A stretch of 38,409 nt of DNA from Brevundimonas sp. (GCA_020253595.1 JADCBH010000330.1:1-38409); one strand, 5' to 3'; counted from the stretch's first letter, positions 17,414 through 26,733 are shown. Notes: generated by a model not told the origin, from the letters alone. Numbers and translations: made by a program.

Positions 17414-18010
17414 CGCTGCCGCTTCTCTCTGGACCGCGAGCTCTTCGGGCGTCCGCGCGGTCGGCAAAGGGCGCGCAGGGGTATCCAGCGCGGCGACCAG
17501 ACGGTCTACGTCGGCCTGGGTCAGCAAAGGTCCGGAGGCCTTGGCGACCACGCGCCCCATGGCATCGACGGCGAAAGTCTCCGGCACACCAGACACACCG
17601 AGATCAAGTCCAGCCCGACCCTCACGGTCCACCAGCACCATGGAGAAGGGGTCACCCAGTTCATCAAGGAAGGCGCGGGTAGCGACCGGATCATCCTTGT
17701 AAGCCACGCCGACCACGGCGATGCCGCGAGCCTTGAGCGTCATCAGCTGGGGGTGCTCGATGCGGCAGGGAGCACACCAGCTGGCGAACAGATTGACCAG
17801 CATGGGGCGACCCACACCAGCGGTCTTCAGGTCGACATTCTGGGGGCCTGCAACATCACCCTGTAGAATCGGAAGGACGGTTTCCGGAACGCGCTGTCCG
17901 ACAATGGCGTCTGGCCGGTACTCAGGCTCTCGCTGGAGAGACCAGCCAATGAACAACACCGCCAGGGCGGCCAGCACGACGAGCGGGATCAGGGTCAGCC
18001 AGCGGCTCAC
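17408..18010 (-). CDS. ccmG: thiol:disulfide interchange protein CcmG/DsbE
   Basis: N-terminal TM helix; FASWCAPC..EHP (CxxC), GVAYKD and GVSGVPETF. Confidence 0.92.
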   Translation of the reverse strand: MSRWLTLIPLVVLAALAVLFIGWSLQREPEYRPDAIVGQRVPETVLPILQGDVAGPQNVDLKTAGVGRPMLVNLFASWCAPCRIEHPQLMTLKARGIAVVGVAYKDDPVATRAFLDELGDPFSMVLVDREGRAGLDLGVSGVPETFAVDAMGRVVAKASGPLLTQADVDRLVAALDTPARPLPTARTPEELAVQREAAAR

Positions 18011-18198
18011 TGCTTGCCGCCTTCCATGGCGGGGTTGGCTTGAGGCTGAGGGTCTTCAGCTTCGAGCCGCTTCAGCTCAGCCTTCCAGCGTCGGGCATAA
18101 AGGACCGCGCGGGCCACAACGGCACCCAGAACGATCACGGTAATGGCCCAGGCAGGCCAGACGAAGGCACCATAAGGGCTCATGTCGAGGTCAAGCAT
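18007..18198 (-). CDS. ccmD: heme exporter protein CcmD
   Basis: MLDLDMSPYGAFVWPAW, a single TM helix and a charged tail. ATG overlaps the ccmC stop and the stop overlaps the ccmG start. Confidence 0.85.
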   Translation of the reverse strand: MLDLDMSPYGAFVWPAWAITVIVLGAVVARAVLYARRWKAELKRLEAEDPQPQANPAMEGGKQ

Positions 18199-18917
18199 CA
18201 GGCCTCCTGCACGCGACGGGCACGAATCCCCTGGACCCGTCGGCGGACGACCTCGGCCCGGATGGACGTCAGCCACACCGCGCCGAACAGGGCCCCATAA
18301 CCCGCCATCATGGTCAGAAGCGGGGCGAGAAACACCGGGTCCAGACTTGTGCCTCCCGCCCGCAGCAGAGAAGCGGGCTGGTGCAGGGTGTTCCACCAGT
18401 CCACGGAAAACTTCACGATCGGCAGGTTGATCAGGCCGACGAGGCCCAACACGGCGGCAGCGCGGGTAGCCTTCTGTTCGTCATCGATCGACGAGCGCAG
18501 CGCCATGTAGCCGAGATAGAAGAGGAACAGGACCAACACGCTGGTCAGCCGCGCGTCCCAGACCCACCAGGTCCCCCACATCGGCTGTCCCCAAAGACCG
18601 CCGGTGATCAAGGCGAGGGCGGTAAAGGCCGCGCCGGGCAAGGCGGCGGCACGGGCGGCCGCATCGGCCAGGGAATGACGGAAAACGAGGGCGAAGAAGC
18701 TGGAGACGCCCAGCGCGGCATAGGCGGCCAGCCCGAGAGAGGCAGCCGGCACATGGACGAACATGATCCGCACCGTATCGCCCTGCTGGTAGTCGCCCGG
18801 GGCGGCGAAGCTGAGCCAGGTCCCGATCGCCAGAAGCAATGCGGTCAGACCCCATAGAATGGGGGTCACCGGCGCAGTGAAGCGCATGAACCGCTCAGGA
18901 TTGGCGAGGCCGAACAT
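18198..18917 (-). CDS. ccmC: heme ABC transporter permease CcmC
   Basis: WWD motif WGQPMWGTWWVWDARLT, plus FVHVP and WWNTLHQ. Start is ATG 18917 or GTG 18923. Confidence 0.95.
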   Translation of the reverse strand: MFGLANPERFMRFTAPVTPILWGLTALLLAIGTWLSFAAPGDYQQGDTVRIMFVHVPAASLGLAAYAALGVSSFFALVFRHSLADAAARAAALPGAAFTALALITGGLWGQPMWGTWWVWDARLTSVLVLFLFYLGYMALRSSIDDEQKATRAAAVLGLVGLINLPIVKFSVDWWNTLHQPASLLRAGGTSLDPVFLAPLLTMMAGYGALFGAVWLTSIRAEVVRRRVQGIRARRVQEA

Positions 18918-18990
18918 CGTCACCGCGCTCTACGCGGGCCCCGTCGCAGGGGCAAGCGCTCGCGTGTCGCGGGGACACGGCCGGACATGG

Positions 18991-19021
18991 AAACGGGGCC
19001 GGAACGATTGTTCCGGCCCCG
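18991..19021 (-). terminator. intrinsic terminator of the cold-shock gene
   Basis: Perfect 12-bp stem CGGGGCCGGAAC/GTTCCGGCCCCG with a 4-nt loop, followed by TTT on the minus strand. Confidence 0.75.
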
Positions 19022-19056
19022 CGTCTTCCGTTCGTCCGTGAGGACGGACGGTGTGA

Positions 19057-19269
19057 CTATTCCGGTGCCTTCAGCTGGCCGGCGGATTCCTTGCCGGTGC
19101 GGCGGTCCTTTTCGACCTCGTAGGAGATCTTCTGGCCTTCGTTCAGGCCGTTCATGCCCGCGCCTTCAACGGCCGAGACGTGCACAAACACGTCCTTGCC
19201 GCCGTCGCTCGGCTCGATGAAGCCATAGCCCTTGGTTGAGTTGTACCACTTGACAGTTCCGGTCGCCAT
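19057..19269 (-). CDS. cold-shock protein (CspA family)
   Basis: GTVKWYN..KGYGFI (RNP1) and DVFVHVS (RNP2); 70 aa; GGAGAG RBS. Confidence 0.96.
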   Translation of the reverse strand: MATGTVKWYNSTKGYGFIEPSDGGKDVFVHVSAVEGAGMNGLNEGQKISYEVEKDRRTGKESAGQLKAPE

Positions 19270-19426
19270 TTCAGCTCTCCGTTCGATGTTGGTGCCGGGC
19301 AAGAGCGCCTGGAACCTGTCGGGTCTGAATGGGATCGGCCAGAAACTCGGTGCGTTCGCAGAGAGAAGGGCGTTACGCAGAGAGATCGACGACTGGCCGT
19401 ATGGACCCTTTGTGCTTCAGGCACAA
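19270..19426 (-). promoter_or_regulatory. csp promoter and ~120-nt 5' leader with tandem repeat and palindrome
   Basis: Minus-strand TTGTGC-N17-CATACG; inverted repeat TTGTGC-N5-GCACAA at 19410-19426; tandem repeat at 19352-19366 and 19370-19385. Confidence 0.55.
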
Positions 19427-19439
19427 GCGTTGCAAGGAT

Positions 19440-19682
19440 TCAGTGGTCATCCTCATCATCCCTCATGAGCGTCGCCGCCTCCTCTTCGCCTTGCGGTGCG
19501 ACGTAGTTGTCGAGGCACAGCTTGCGCAGAGCGCCGGTCATGGACGCACCGTAAAGCCGGTCCTTGACCCCCTCATAGCCCTCGGCCTGGAGCCTGGCCT
19601 TGATATCGCCGACTGTACGGCAGGCACCGCTGCGGGCCAGCTCATAGGCGCGTTCGATGGTCGTCGGACGAAAGCTGTTCAT
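19440..19682 (-). CDS. hypothetical protein (80 aa)
   Basis: TTIERAYELARSG.C..V.DI..RL.AEGY looks like a conserved small helical alphaproteobacterial protein; fills an otherwise empty gap. Confidence 0.7.
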   Translation of the reverse strand: MNSFRPTTIERAYELARSGACRTVGDIKARLQAEGYEGVKDRLYGASMTGALRKLCLDNYVAPQGEEEAATLMRDDEDDH

Positions 19683-19838
19683 CTGCCTAGATAGGGTCCG
19701 AGCGACGACTTTGCGACCGGGGGCGGCAGCGCGCTGGCCGTGCGGTTCCCGTGGATGGCACTACATGGTTGTGTTGATCGTACTCGGTGCCGGGTAAGGC
19801 GACTTGCGTGAAAGAAACGGGTCGGGCACGGAGCGGCG

Positions 19839-20606
19839 GTGACCGCCTCCGCACGCATCGCCGCCCTATATCGCCACCCGGTCAAGGGGCTGACCCCCGA
19901 GGCTCTCGGTCGGACCCAGCTTGATACCGACGCAGCCTTTCCCGGCGACCGCCTCTACGCCGTCGAGATCGGGCCTTCGGGCTTCGATCCAGATGCTCCG
20001 GCCCACATTTCCAAGATGCGGTTTGCAGTCCTGGCCCGCATTCCGGCGCTGGCCAGGGTGATCAGCCGCTGGGACGCAGCGACGGGAGACCTGACCGTCG
20101 AGGCTCCGGGGGCAGCCCGGCTCAACGTTCGTCTGGGCGATCCGGACGGTGACCGGGCGCTCGAAGCCTGGCTTGCAGCCGTACTGGGCGAGGCGGCGAC
20201 CGCGCCGCTGAAAGTGCTCGACGGTCGGGGCCACCGCTTCATGGATGATCCGAAGGGAGCGGTGTCGATCCTCAACCTCGTCAGTCTGCGCGATCTGTCA
20301 GAGCGTGTCGGGCGACCGCTTGATCCCTTGAGATTCCGGGCCAACATCCATGTCGAGGGCTGGGCGCCGTGGATCGAGAACGATGTCGCCGGGCGAGTCT
20401 TGCGGGTCGGCGGAACGGTTCTGCAGGCGATCAAGCCCATCCGGCGCTGCGTCGCCGTGGACGTCGATCCGGGCACGGGCGAACGCGATGCCGATCTGGT
20501 CAGCGATCTGATGCGCCTCTATGGCCATGCCTTCTGCGGTCTCTACCTGTCGGTACAGACGACCGGCGAGATCGCCGTGGATGACCCCGTCGAGTGGATG
20601 GAATGA
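19839..20606 (+). CDS. MOSC-domain protein (YcbX/mARC-like)
   Basis: Motifs LYRHPVKG, GDR.YA, RFRANI and RC.A.DVDP.TG. GTG start after GGAG. Confidence 0.9.
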   Translation: MTASARIAALYRHPVKGLTPEALGRTQLDTDAAFPGDRLYAVEIGPSGFDPDAPAHISKMRFAVLARIPALARVISRWDAATGDLTVEAPGAARLNVRLGDPDGDRALEAWLAAVLGEAATAPLKVLDGRGHRFMDDPKGAVSILNLVSLRDLSERVGRPLDPLRFRANIHVEGWAPWIENDVAGRVLRVGGTVLQAIKPIRRCVAVDVDPGTGERDADLVSDLMRLYGHAFCGLYLSVQTTGEIAVDDPVEWME

Positions 20607-21487
20607 GCGACGCCCCTACCCTGCTGACGGCCTGGAAATCAGCGCAGGCCGCCCTGAAAGCGCAGAAGATCGACAGTCCGGCCATCGACGCCCGCCTGCT
20701 GCTGGAGGCGGCGACCGGCTGTTCGCGCCTGGACATCCTGACCGACCCCTACCGCGCCGTGACGGCTGACCAGCAGACCACGCTCGACGGCTATCTGGAG
20801 CGTCGACTGCGGCGCGAGCCAGTATCGCGTATCCTGGGCCGCAAAGGCTTCTGGAAGATCATGCTGAACGTGACACCCGACGTCCTCAGCCCTCGGCCAG
20901 ACACCGAGACGCTGATCGACGTGGCGCTGCTGGCGTTCGAGCCCGGCCAGCACTTCCACGCCATAGACCTGGGTACCGGCTCGGGAGCGATCCTGCTAGC
21001 GCTTCTGACCGAACGGCCCGGCGCACACGGCGTCGGAACGGACATTTCGTCTGAGGCCTTGGCGGTCGCGCGCGAGAACGCCGCCAATCTGGACCTGGAC
21101 GGTCGTGCCGCCTTCCTTCGCACAGAATGGGCGGCGGGGTTCGGCGACCAGAGTTTCGACCTGGTGGTGTCCAATCCGCCCTATATCCCGTCAGACGACA
21201 TTTCCGGCCTCGACCCGGAAGTGCGCGATCATGATCCGGCGCTGGCCCTTGACGGTGGTCCGGACGGGCTGCAGGCCTATCGCGACCTCGCCCCGGAAAT
21301 CATGCGCATCCTGAAACCCGGCGGCATCTTCGCTGTCGAGATCGGCTGGGACCAGGGCCCGCAGGTCAAGGAGCTGTTTGAAGCGGCGGGCTTCACTGAC
21401 GTTAAGGTGGTCAAGGACTTGGGTGACCGCGATCGTGTTGTGACGAACGGACCCGATCCACGCACCACGCCGATCCGGCAGGGCTGA
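20603..21487 (+). CDS. prmC: release factor glutamine methyltransferase
   Basis: Motifs REPVSRILG, PRPDTE, DLGTGSGAI, SNPPY and ALDGGPDGL. ATGA overlap with the MOSC gene stop. Confidence 0.95.
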   Translation: MSDAPTLLTAWKSAQAALKAQKIDSPAIDARLLLEAATGCSRLDILTDPYRAVTADQQTTLDGYLERRLRREPVSRILGRKGFWKIMLNVTPDVLSPRPDTETLIDVALLAFEPGQHFHAIDLGTGSGAILLALLTERPGAHGVGTDISSEALAVARENAANLDLDGRAAFLRTEWAAGFGDQSFDLVVSNPPYIPSDDISGLDPEVRDHDPALALDGGPDGLQAYRDLAPEIMRILKPGGIFAVEIGWDQGPQVKELFEAAGFTDVKVVKDLGDRDRVVTNGPDPRTTPIRQG

Positions 21488-21492
21488 ACCCA

Positions 21493-22284
21493 GTGCGCGT
21501 CGCCACCTGGAACATCAACTCCGTCCGCCTGCGCATCGACCAGGTTGCCCGCTTCGTGTCTGAGAGCGGGACCGATGTCCTTTGCCTGCAGGAGATCAAA
21601 TGCCTGGAAGACCAGTTTCCGCGAAACGCCTTCGCCGAGATGGGCCTGCCGCATCTGAAGATCGCGGGTCAGAAGGGCTGGCATGGGGTGGCTATCGCCA
21701 GCCGTCTGCCGATCGGGCCGTCTGAGACCTTCAACGCCTGCAAACTGGGGCACGCCCGCTGTGTTTCGGCGCGGATCGCCGGGGTGGACGTTCAGAACTT
21801 CTACATTCCCGCCGGCGGCGACGTGCCCGACCGGGTGCTGAATCCGAAGTTCGATCACAAGATGGACTTCTATGAGCGTCTGACCGAGACGGCACGCCGA
21901 CTGGATCGGTCCCGCCCCTTGCTCATGTGCGGTGACTTCAACATCGCGCCCAGCGAATATGATGTCTGGAACCACCGCTTCATGTCCAAGGTGGTCAGCC
22001 ACACGCCGATCGAGGTCGAGACCCTGAACAGGCTCCAGGCCGCCGGAGCCTTCACCGACGTGGTGCGCGAGGCTTTCCCGGAGCCGCAGAAGCTGGCCAG
22101 CTGGTGGAGCTACCGCGCTGTGGATTTCCGAAAGACTGACCGGGGCCTGCGCCTCGATCACATCTGGACCTCACCCGGCCTGACGCCAGCGGTGGTCGCC
22201 AAGAGCGTGGCAATCCACGTGCCTGTCCGGGCGTGGGAGCAACCGTCAGACCACTGCCCCATCACCGTCGATCTCGACGTCTAG
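21493..22284 (+). CDS. xth: exodeoxyribonuclease III
   Basis: Motifs ATWNINSVR, LCLQEIK, GDFNIAP, SWWSYR, RLDHIW and SDHCP. Confidence 0.93.
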   Translation: MRVATWNINSVRLRIDQVARFVSESGTDVLCLQEIKCLEDQFPRNAFAEMGLPHLKIAGQKGWHGVAIASRLPIGPSETFNACKLGHARCVSARIAGVDVQNFYIPAGGDVPDRVLNPKFDHKMDFYERLTETARRLDRSRPLLMCGDFNIAPSEYDVWNHRFMSKVVSHTPIEVETLNRLQAAGAFTDVVREAFPEPQKLASWWSYRAVDFRKTDRGLRLDHIWTSPGLTPAVVAKSVAIHVPVRAWEQPSDHCPITVDLDV

Positions 22285-22297
22285 ATCGGGCTCAGGC

Positions 22298-22477
22298 CTA
22301 TCCGCGCTTGGACGCCTTACGAAAGGCCGGCTTGGCAAGCGCAGTGTTGCGCGCGCTCACCGATTTCTCCGGGTGCTGTCCGGGCTTGAAGGCCGGACCG
22401 CCGGGCTGGGTCCCTGCCTTCTTTGCGGCGAGGACGCGTTTCAGGGCTTCGGCGGGGGTCTCGGGCTGATCAGTCAT
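22298..22477 (-). CDS. unannotated 59-aa basic protein downstream of parB
   Basis: Translated by hand: MTDQPETPAEALKRVLAAKKAGTQPGGPAFKPGQHPEKSVSARNTALAKPAFRKASKRG. ATG is preceded by TAAGGGAGGGGC, third codon positions are GC-rich, and the ORF fills the parB-xth gap. Confidence 0.7.
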   Translation of the reverse strand: MTDQPETPAEALKRVLAAKKAGTQPGGPAFKPGQHPEKSVSARNTALAKPAFRKASKRG

Positions 22478-22503
22478 GCCCCTCCCTTAGCACAACGAGC
22501 CTC

Positions 22504-23385
22504 TCAGCCCCGCATCAAACGACGGCAAAGGTCGTCCAGCTGCTCCAGATTGGCGTAGGACAGGGTCAACTCTCCCTTCCCGCCCCGGTCGGCCAGCGTC
22601 ACCTTAAGGCCCAACGCATCCGCAAGATCCTGCTCAAGCGCGGCCGTGTCCGGAGAGGACGAGGGCTCGGCCTTTGCGCGCGATTTCGGCTGCCCGCCCT
22701 GGGATTTGCGAGCCAGCGCTTCAGTCTGACGAACGTTCAGGCCTTCCAGAACGATCTTCTCGGCGAGCGCGTCAGGATCCTTAGCGGTCAGGAGCGCACG
22801 GGCATGGCCCGCCGAAAGCACCCCGTCGCTGACCAGTTCCTTGGCGCGCGGCGTCAGATACGTAAGGCGCAGGGTGTTGGCGACATGACTGCGGGACTTG
22901 CCGACGATACCGGCCACTGCGTCCTGGGTGCGGCCGAACCGCTCCATCAGCGACGCATAGGCCAGAGCCTCTTCGAGTGGGTTGAGGTCCGCACGCTGGA
23001 CGTTCTCGATGATAGCGACCTCCAGCACCTCCAGATCGTCCATCTGACGGACGATGATCGGCACTTCGGTCAGGCGAGCGCCCTGGGCCGCCCGCCAGCG
23101 CCGTTCGCCGGCGATGATCTGCCAGACCCCGTCCTCGCCCGGCTGGGTCCGCACAAGTATGGGCTGCAAGACGCCCTTGTCCCGGATCGACTGGGTCAGT
23201 TCGGACAGGTCTTCGGGCCGGAACACCTTTCGCGGCTGGTCCGGGTTCGGCTTCAGGCTCTCGATCGGCGCAAGTTGCACGCCCGTGGGAAGAGGCTGAC
23301 CTGGCGTGACCGGCGCGGCCTCTGTCGCCGCATCGCCCAGCAATGCCGACAGACCACGACCCAGACCTCTTTGACGTTCAGACAA
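22504..23385 (-). CDS. parB: chromosome partitioning protein ParB
   Basis: GLGRGLSALL ParA-interacting peptide, PNPDQPR, IAGERRWRA (CTPase box), ENVQRADLN and HTH KSRSHVAN. TTG start at 23385 chosen by analogy to Caulobacter ParB. Confidence 0.96.
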   Translation of the reverse strand: MSERQRGLGRGLSALLGDAATEAAPVTPGQPLPTGVQLAPIESLKPNPDQPRKVFRPEDLSELTQSIRDKGVLQPILVRTQPGEDGVWQIIAGERRWRAAQGARLTEVPIIVRQMDDLEVLEVAIIENVQRADLNPLEEALAYASLMERFGRTQDAVAGIVGKSRSHVANTLRLTYLTPRAKELVSDGVLSAGHARALLTAKDPDALAEKIVLEGLNVRQTEALARKSQGGQPKSRAKAEPSSSPDTAALEQDLADALGLKVTLADRGGKGELTLSYANLEQLDDLCRRLMRG

Positions 23386-23405
23386 GTCGTTGTTTCCGTT
23401 CGTTT

Positions 23406-24215
23406 TCAGGCTGCGAGGCGGCGACGCTCGCGCCCCACGACTTCCTTGGCCAGCCGGAGATAAGCTTGGCTGCCGGTGCATTTCAGATCGTAGATCAGGA
23501 CAGGCTTGCCGAACGACGGCGCTTCGGACACCCGGACGTTCCGTGGGATCACCGCGTCATAGACCTTGTCGCCGAAGTGGGTGCGGACGTCAGCCGCCAC
23601 CTGACCGGACAGCGCATTGCGCCGATCAAACATGGTCAGCACCAGACCCTGGATTTCGAGGGTTGGATTCAATGATTGACGCACCATCTCGATGGTCTTC
23701 ATCAACTGCGTCAATCCTTCGAGCGCGAAGAACTCGCACTGCAACGGCACCAGAACGCCATCGGCAGCAGCCATGGCATTGAGCGTCAGCAGGTTCAGCG
23801 ACGGGGGGCAGTCGATCAGGACATAGTCATACCGGGCGCTACCGTTCGAACCTTGCTGCGCCAGCGCATCCCGAAGGCGATAGGAGCGGCGGTCCGCCTG
23901 GCTCAGCTCGATTTCGACACCGGACATGTCCGCATCGGCCGGGATGATCTCCAGCCCGGGTACGGCCGTTGGTACGGCCGCGTCATCCACGGATCGACCG
24001 TCGACGATGACATCGTAGATGGTGATCCGCCGTGTTTCACGTGGAACACCCAGACCCGTGGACGCATTGCCCTGGGGGTCCATGTCGACGATCAGAACGC
24101 GTTCGCCGATAGCGGCCAGGGCGGTGCCCAGGTTGATCGCAGTCGTGGTCTTGCCAACCCCGCCCTTCTGGTTGGACACGGCGAGCACTCGGGCAGGACG
24201 GCTTGAACTAGCCAC
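23406..24215 (-). CDS. parA: chromosome partitioning ATPase ParA
   Basis: Motifs NQKGGVGKTTT, DMDPQGNA, IDCPPSL and IPRNVRVSEAPS. Confidence 0.97.
   Translation of the reverse strand: MASSSRPARVLAVSNQKGGVGKTTTAINLGTALAAIGERVLIVDMDPQGNASTGLGVPRETRRITIYDVIVDGRSVDDAAVPTAVPGLEIIPADADMSGVEIELSQADRRSYRLRDALAQQGSNGSARYDYVLIDCPPSLNLLTLNAMAAADGVLVPLQCEFFALEGLTQLMKTIEMVRQSLNPTLEIQGLVLTMFDRRNALSGQVAADVRTHFGDKVYDAVIPRNVRVSEAPSFGKPVLIYDLKCTGSQAYLRLAKEVVGRERRRLAA
24033..24048. promoter_or_regulatory. parS site inside parA
   Basis: TGTTTCACGTGGAACA; one mismatch to the consensus TGTTTCACGTGAAACA. Confidence 0.85.
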
Positions 24216-24822
24216 GGGGTTTCAGGCTCCGAACGGTGACGATACGGCCGCGCGGATCACTGCGCGAGACGGAGAGGTCAGCGTCCACTTGCCAGACCTT
24301 GGTCGCGTCCCGCAACTCGACCTCTGCCTTCTCTCCCTTCAGAAACAGACCTTGTGCACCACGCTGGAGGTAGGGCTGTGCATAACCCAGCAACTTGTCC
24401 ATAGGGGCGACGGCGCGAGCCGTGACGACGTCGACCTTGAGTGCCTGCTGCTCGGCCCGGCCCCAGATGACCGTGGCAGAAAGGGTCAGAGCATCCACAA
24501 CCGACTGGAGGAACCGGCACCGCTTCTGCAAGGAGTCGATCAGCCAGACATGGGTGTCCTGACGGTCCTTGATCAGTATCGCCAGCACCAGGCCGGGGAA
24601 GCCGGCCCCGGCACCAAGGTCGGCCCATGTCTGGGCGCCCGGAGCCAGATCCAGCAACTGGGCACTGTCCCAGGCGTGCCGATTCCAGAAGTCCGGGATC
24701 GTGTCCGGGCCCACGAGGTTCATGACCGCGTTCATCTCGGTCAGCCTGCCCAGAAAGGCTTCAAGCTCCGACATTCGCGCTGGATCGGCGCGGGTCAGCC
24801 GCTGGAACTCTTCGGCTGTCAT
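24208..24822 (-). CDS. rsmG: 16S rRNA m7G527 methyltransferase RsmG (GidB)
   Basis: Motifs RH..DS.QL, DLGAGAGFPG, VTARAVA and LKG. Confidence 0.95.
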   Translation of the reverse strand: MTAEEFQRLTRADPARMSELEAFLGRLTEMNAVMNLVGPDTIPDFWNRHAWDSAQLLDLAPGAQTWADLGAGAGFPGLVLAILIKDRQDTHVWLIDSLQKRCRFLQSVVDALTLSATVIWGRAEQQALKVDVVTARAVAPMDKLLGYAQPYLQRGAQGLFLKGEKAEVELRDATKVWQVDADLSVSRSDPRGRIVTVRSLKPRG

Positions 24823-26684
24823 CAGGCTGCGACAGCCGAGCGTTTCACATGCGCCAGAAGGGCGGTCAGCGCTCCGGGAGTGACGCCCTCGATCCGGGCA
24901 GCCTGACCCAAGGTGCGGGGACGCACGCGATCCAGTTTTTCCCGCACCTCATTGGACAGGCTTCCGATCGCGCCATAGTCGAGGTCGGCGGGCAGGCCCA
25001 GAGTCTCTTCACGACGCAGCGCCTCAGCATCTGCGGCCTGGCGATCCAGATAGCCGGCATAGCCCGCGTCAATCTCCACCTGCTCCCGAATGGCGGGGGC
25101 CCAGTTCTGGATCACGGGGAAGGCCGTCTCGAAGTTGGCCAGGGTCACACCCGGATAGGCCAGCAGGTCTCGCATCGTCCGGCGCTGGCCGTCCGGATTG
25201 ACCGTGATCCCCAGGGTCTGGGCCTCTTTCGGCGTGAAACGGGTCTCCCGCGCAAGGGCCGTGGCAGCTTCCAGAGCCTTTGCCTTGGCTTCGAATGCGA
25301 CGCTTCGGGTCGAGCCGACCACGCCCGCCTGGACGCCAAGCCGGGTCAACCGTTGATCAGCATTGTCGGCGCGGAGCGTCAGTCGGTATTCCGCCCGGCT
25401 GGTGAACATCCGGTAGGGCTCGGTCACACCGCGTGTGACCAGATCATCAATCATGACACCGATATAGGCCTGGTCCCGGCCCAGAACGATGTCCGACGAT
25501 CCCGCAGCGGCTCGAGCCGCGTTGAGCCCGGCAATCAATCCTTGAGCGCCGGCTTCCTCATACCCGGTCGTACCGTTGATCTGACCGGCGAGGTACAGGC
25601 CCGGCCGCCGCTTGACCTCGAGCGCTGAGGTCAACTCGCGCGGATCGACATAGTCGTATTCGATGGCATAGCCGAAACGAAACACCTCGACGGCTGCGAG
25701 ACCCGGCATGGTCCGAAGGAAGGCCATCTGGGTCTCTGGCGAGACCGAGGTCGAAATGCCGTTCGGATAGACGGTCGGGTCGTCCAATCCTTCAGGTTCC
25801 AGGAATACCTGATGCGAGGTCTTGTCCGCGAACCGCACGACCTTGTCCTCGATCGACGGGCAGTACCGAGGACCGCGTCCGGTCAGGCGACCGCCGTAAA
25901 CCGCGCTCTCTCCGAGGTTGGTCGCGATGATCCGATGGGTCTCCTCCGTCGTCGCCGTGATGCCACAGGCAATCTGGGGGACCCGGATCCGGTCAGTGAG
26001 GAAGCTGAACGGAACGGGCGTCTCGTCGGCCTCCTGCATCTCAAGCCGGTCCCACGCGATCGTGCGTCCGTTCAGGCGTGCAGGGGTCCCCGTCTTGAGC
26101 CGACCCATCATTAGGCCGGCACTGTATAGATCTGAAGCTAGCCCCGCTGAAGGCGCTTCACCATGCCGGCCCGCGGGGATACGGTCCTCTCCGCGATGGA
26201 TGACGCCGTTGAGGAATGTGCCCGTCGTCAAAACAACGGCACCGGCGCGCAGCTCGGTGCCTTCACCCGTGACGACGCCGACGACCCGGTCACCCTCCAG
26301 GACCAATCTCTCTGCAGTGCCCGCCATCCGCGTCAGATTTGGGGTGGAATGTAGTTCCGCCTGCATCGCCTCGCGATACAGCCGCCGATCGATCTGGCTG
26401 CGAGGGCCGCGAACCGCCGCACCCTTGGACCGGTTCAGCATGCGGAACTGGATGCCGGATACATCGGCGAGGCGGCCCATCAGGCCATCGAGCGCATCGA
26501 TCTCACGAACGAGGTGGCCCTTGCCGAGACCACCGATTGCGGGATTGCAGGACATCTCCCCAATCGTCTCGAGCTTCTGCGTCAGCAGGAGAGTTCGCGC
26601 GCCGAAGCGGGCTGCGGCTGCCGCAGCCTCACAGCCAGCGTGGCCGCCGCCGATAACGATAACGTCAAAAGAAGAGGCGCTCAT
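24822..26684 (-). CDS. mnmG: tRNA uridine-5-carboxymethylaminomethyl synthesis enzyme MnmG (GidA)
   Basis: Motifs [43 protein letters not shown] and [14 protein letters not shown]. Start at ATG 26684. Confidence 0.97.
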   Translation of the reverse strand: MSASSFDVIVIGGGHAGCEAAAAAARFGARTLLLTQKLETIGEMSCNPAIGGLGKGHLVREIDALDGLMGRLADVSGIQFRMLNRSKGAAVRGPRSQIDRRLYREAMQAELHSTPNLTRMAGTAERLVLEGDRVVGVVTGEGTELRAGAVVLTTGTFLNGVIHRGEDRIPAGRHGEAPSAGLASDLYSAGLMMGRLKTGTPARLNGRTIAWDRLEMQEADETPVPFSFLTDRIRVPQIACGITATTEETHRIIATNLGESAVYGGRLTGRGPRYCPSIEDKVVRFADKTSHQVFLEPEGLDDPTVYPNGISTSVSPETQMAFLRTMPGLAAVEVFRFGYAIEYDYVDPRELTSALEVKRRPGLYLAGQINGTTGYEEAGAQGLIAGLNAARAAAGSSDIVLGRDQAYIGVMIDDLVTRGVTEPYRMFTSRAEYRLTLRADNADQRLTRLGVQAGVVGSTRSVAFEAKAKALEAATALARETRFTPKEAQTLGITVNPDGQRRTMRDLLAYPGVTLANFETAFPVIQNWAPAIREQVEIDAGYAGYLDRQAADAEALRREETLGLPADLDYGAIGSLSNEVREKLDRVRPRTLGQAARIEGVTPGALTALLAHVKRSAVAA

Positions 26685-26694
26685 TGGAAGGCGG

Positions 26695-26723
26695 GACATA
26701 GTGGAAAGTGGTCCGAAACGCCA
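26695..26723 (-). promoter_or_regulatory. sigma70-like promoter of mnmG-rsmG-parA-parB
   Basis: TGGCGT-N17-TATGTC on the minus strand, 10 nt before the ATG. Confidence 0.4.
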
Positions 26724-26733
26724 CCTCGCCTCG

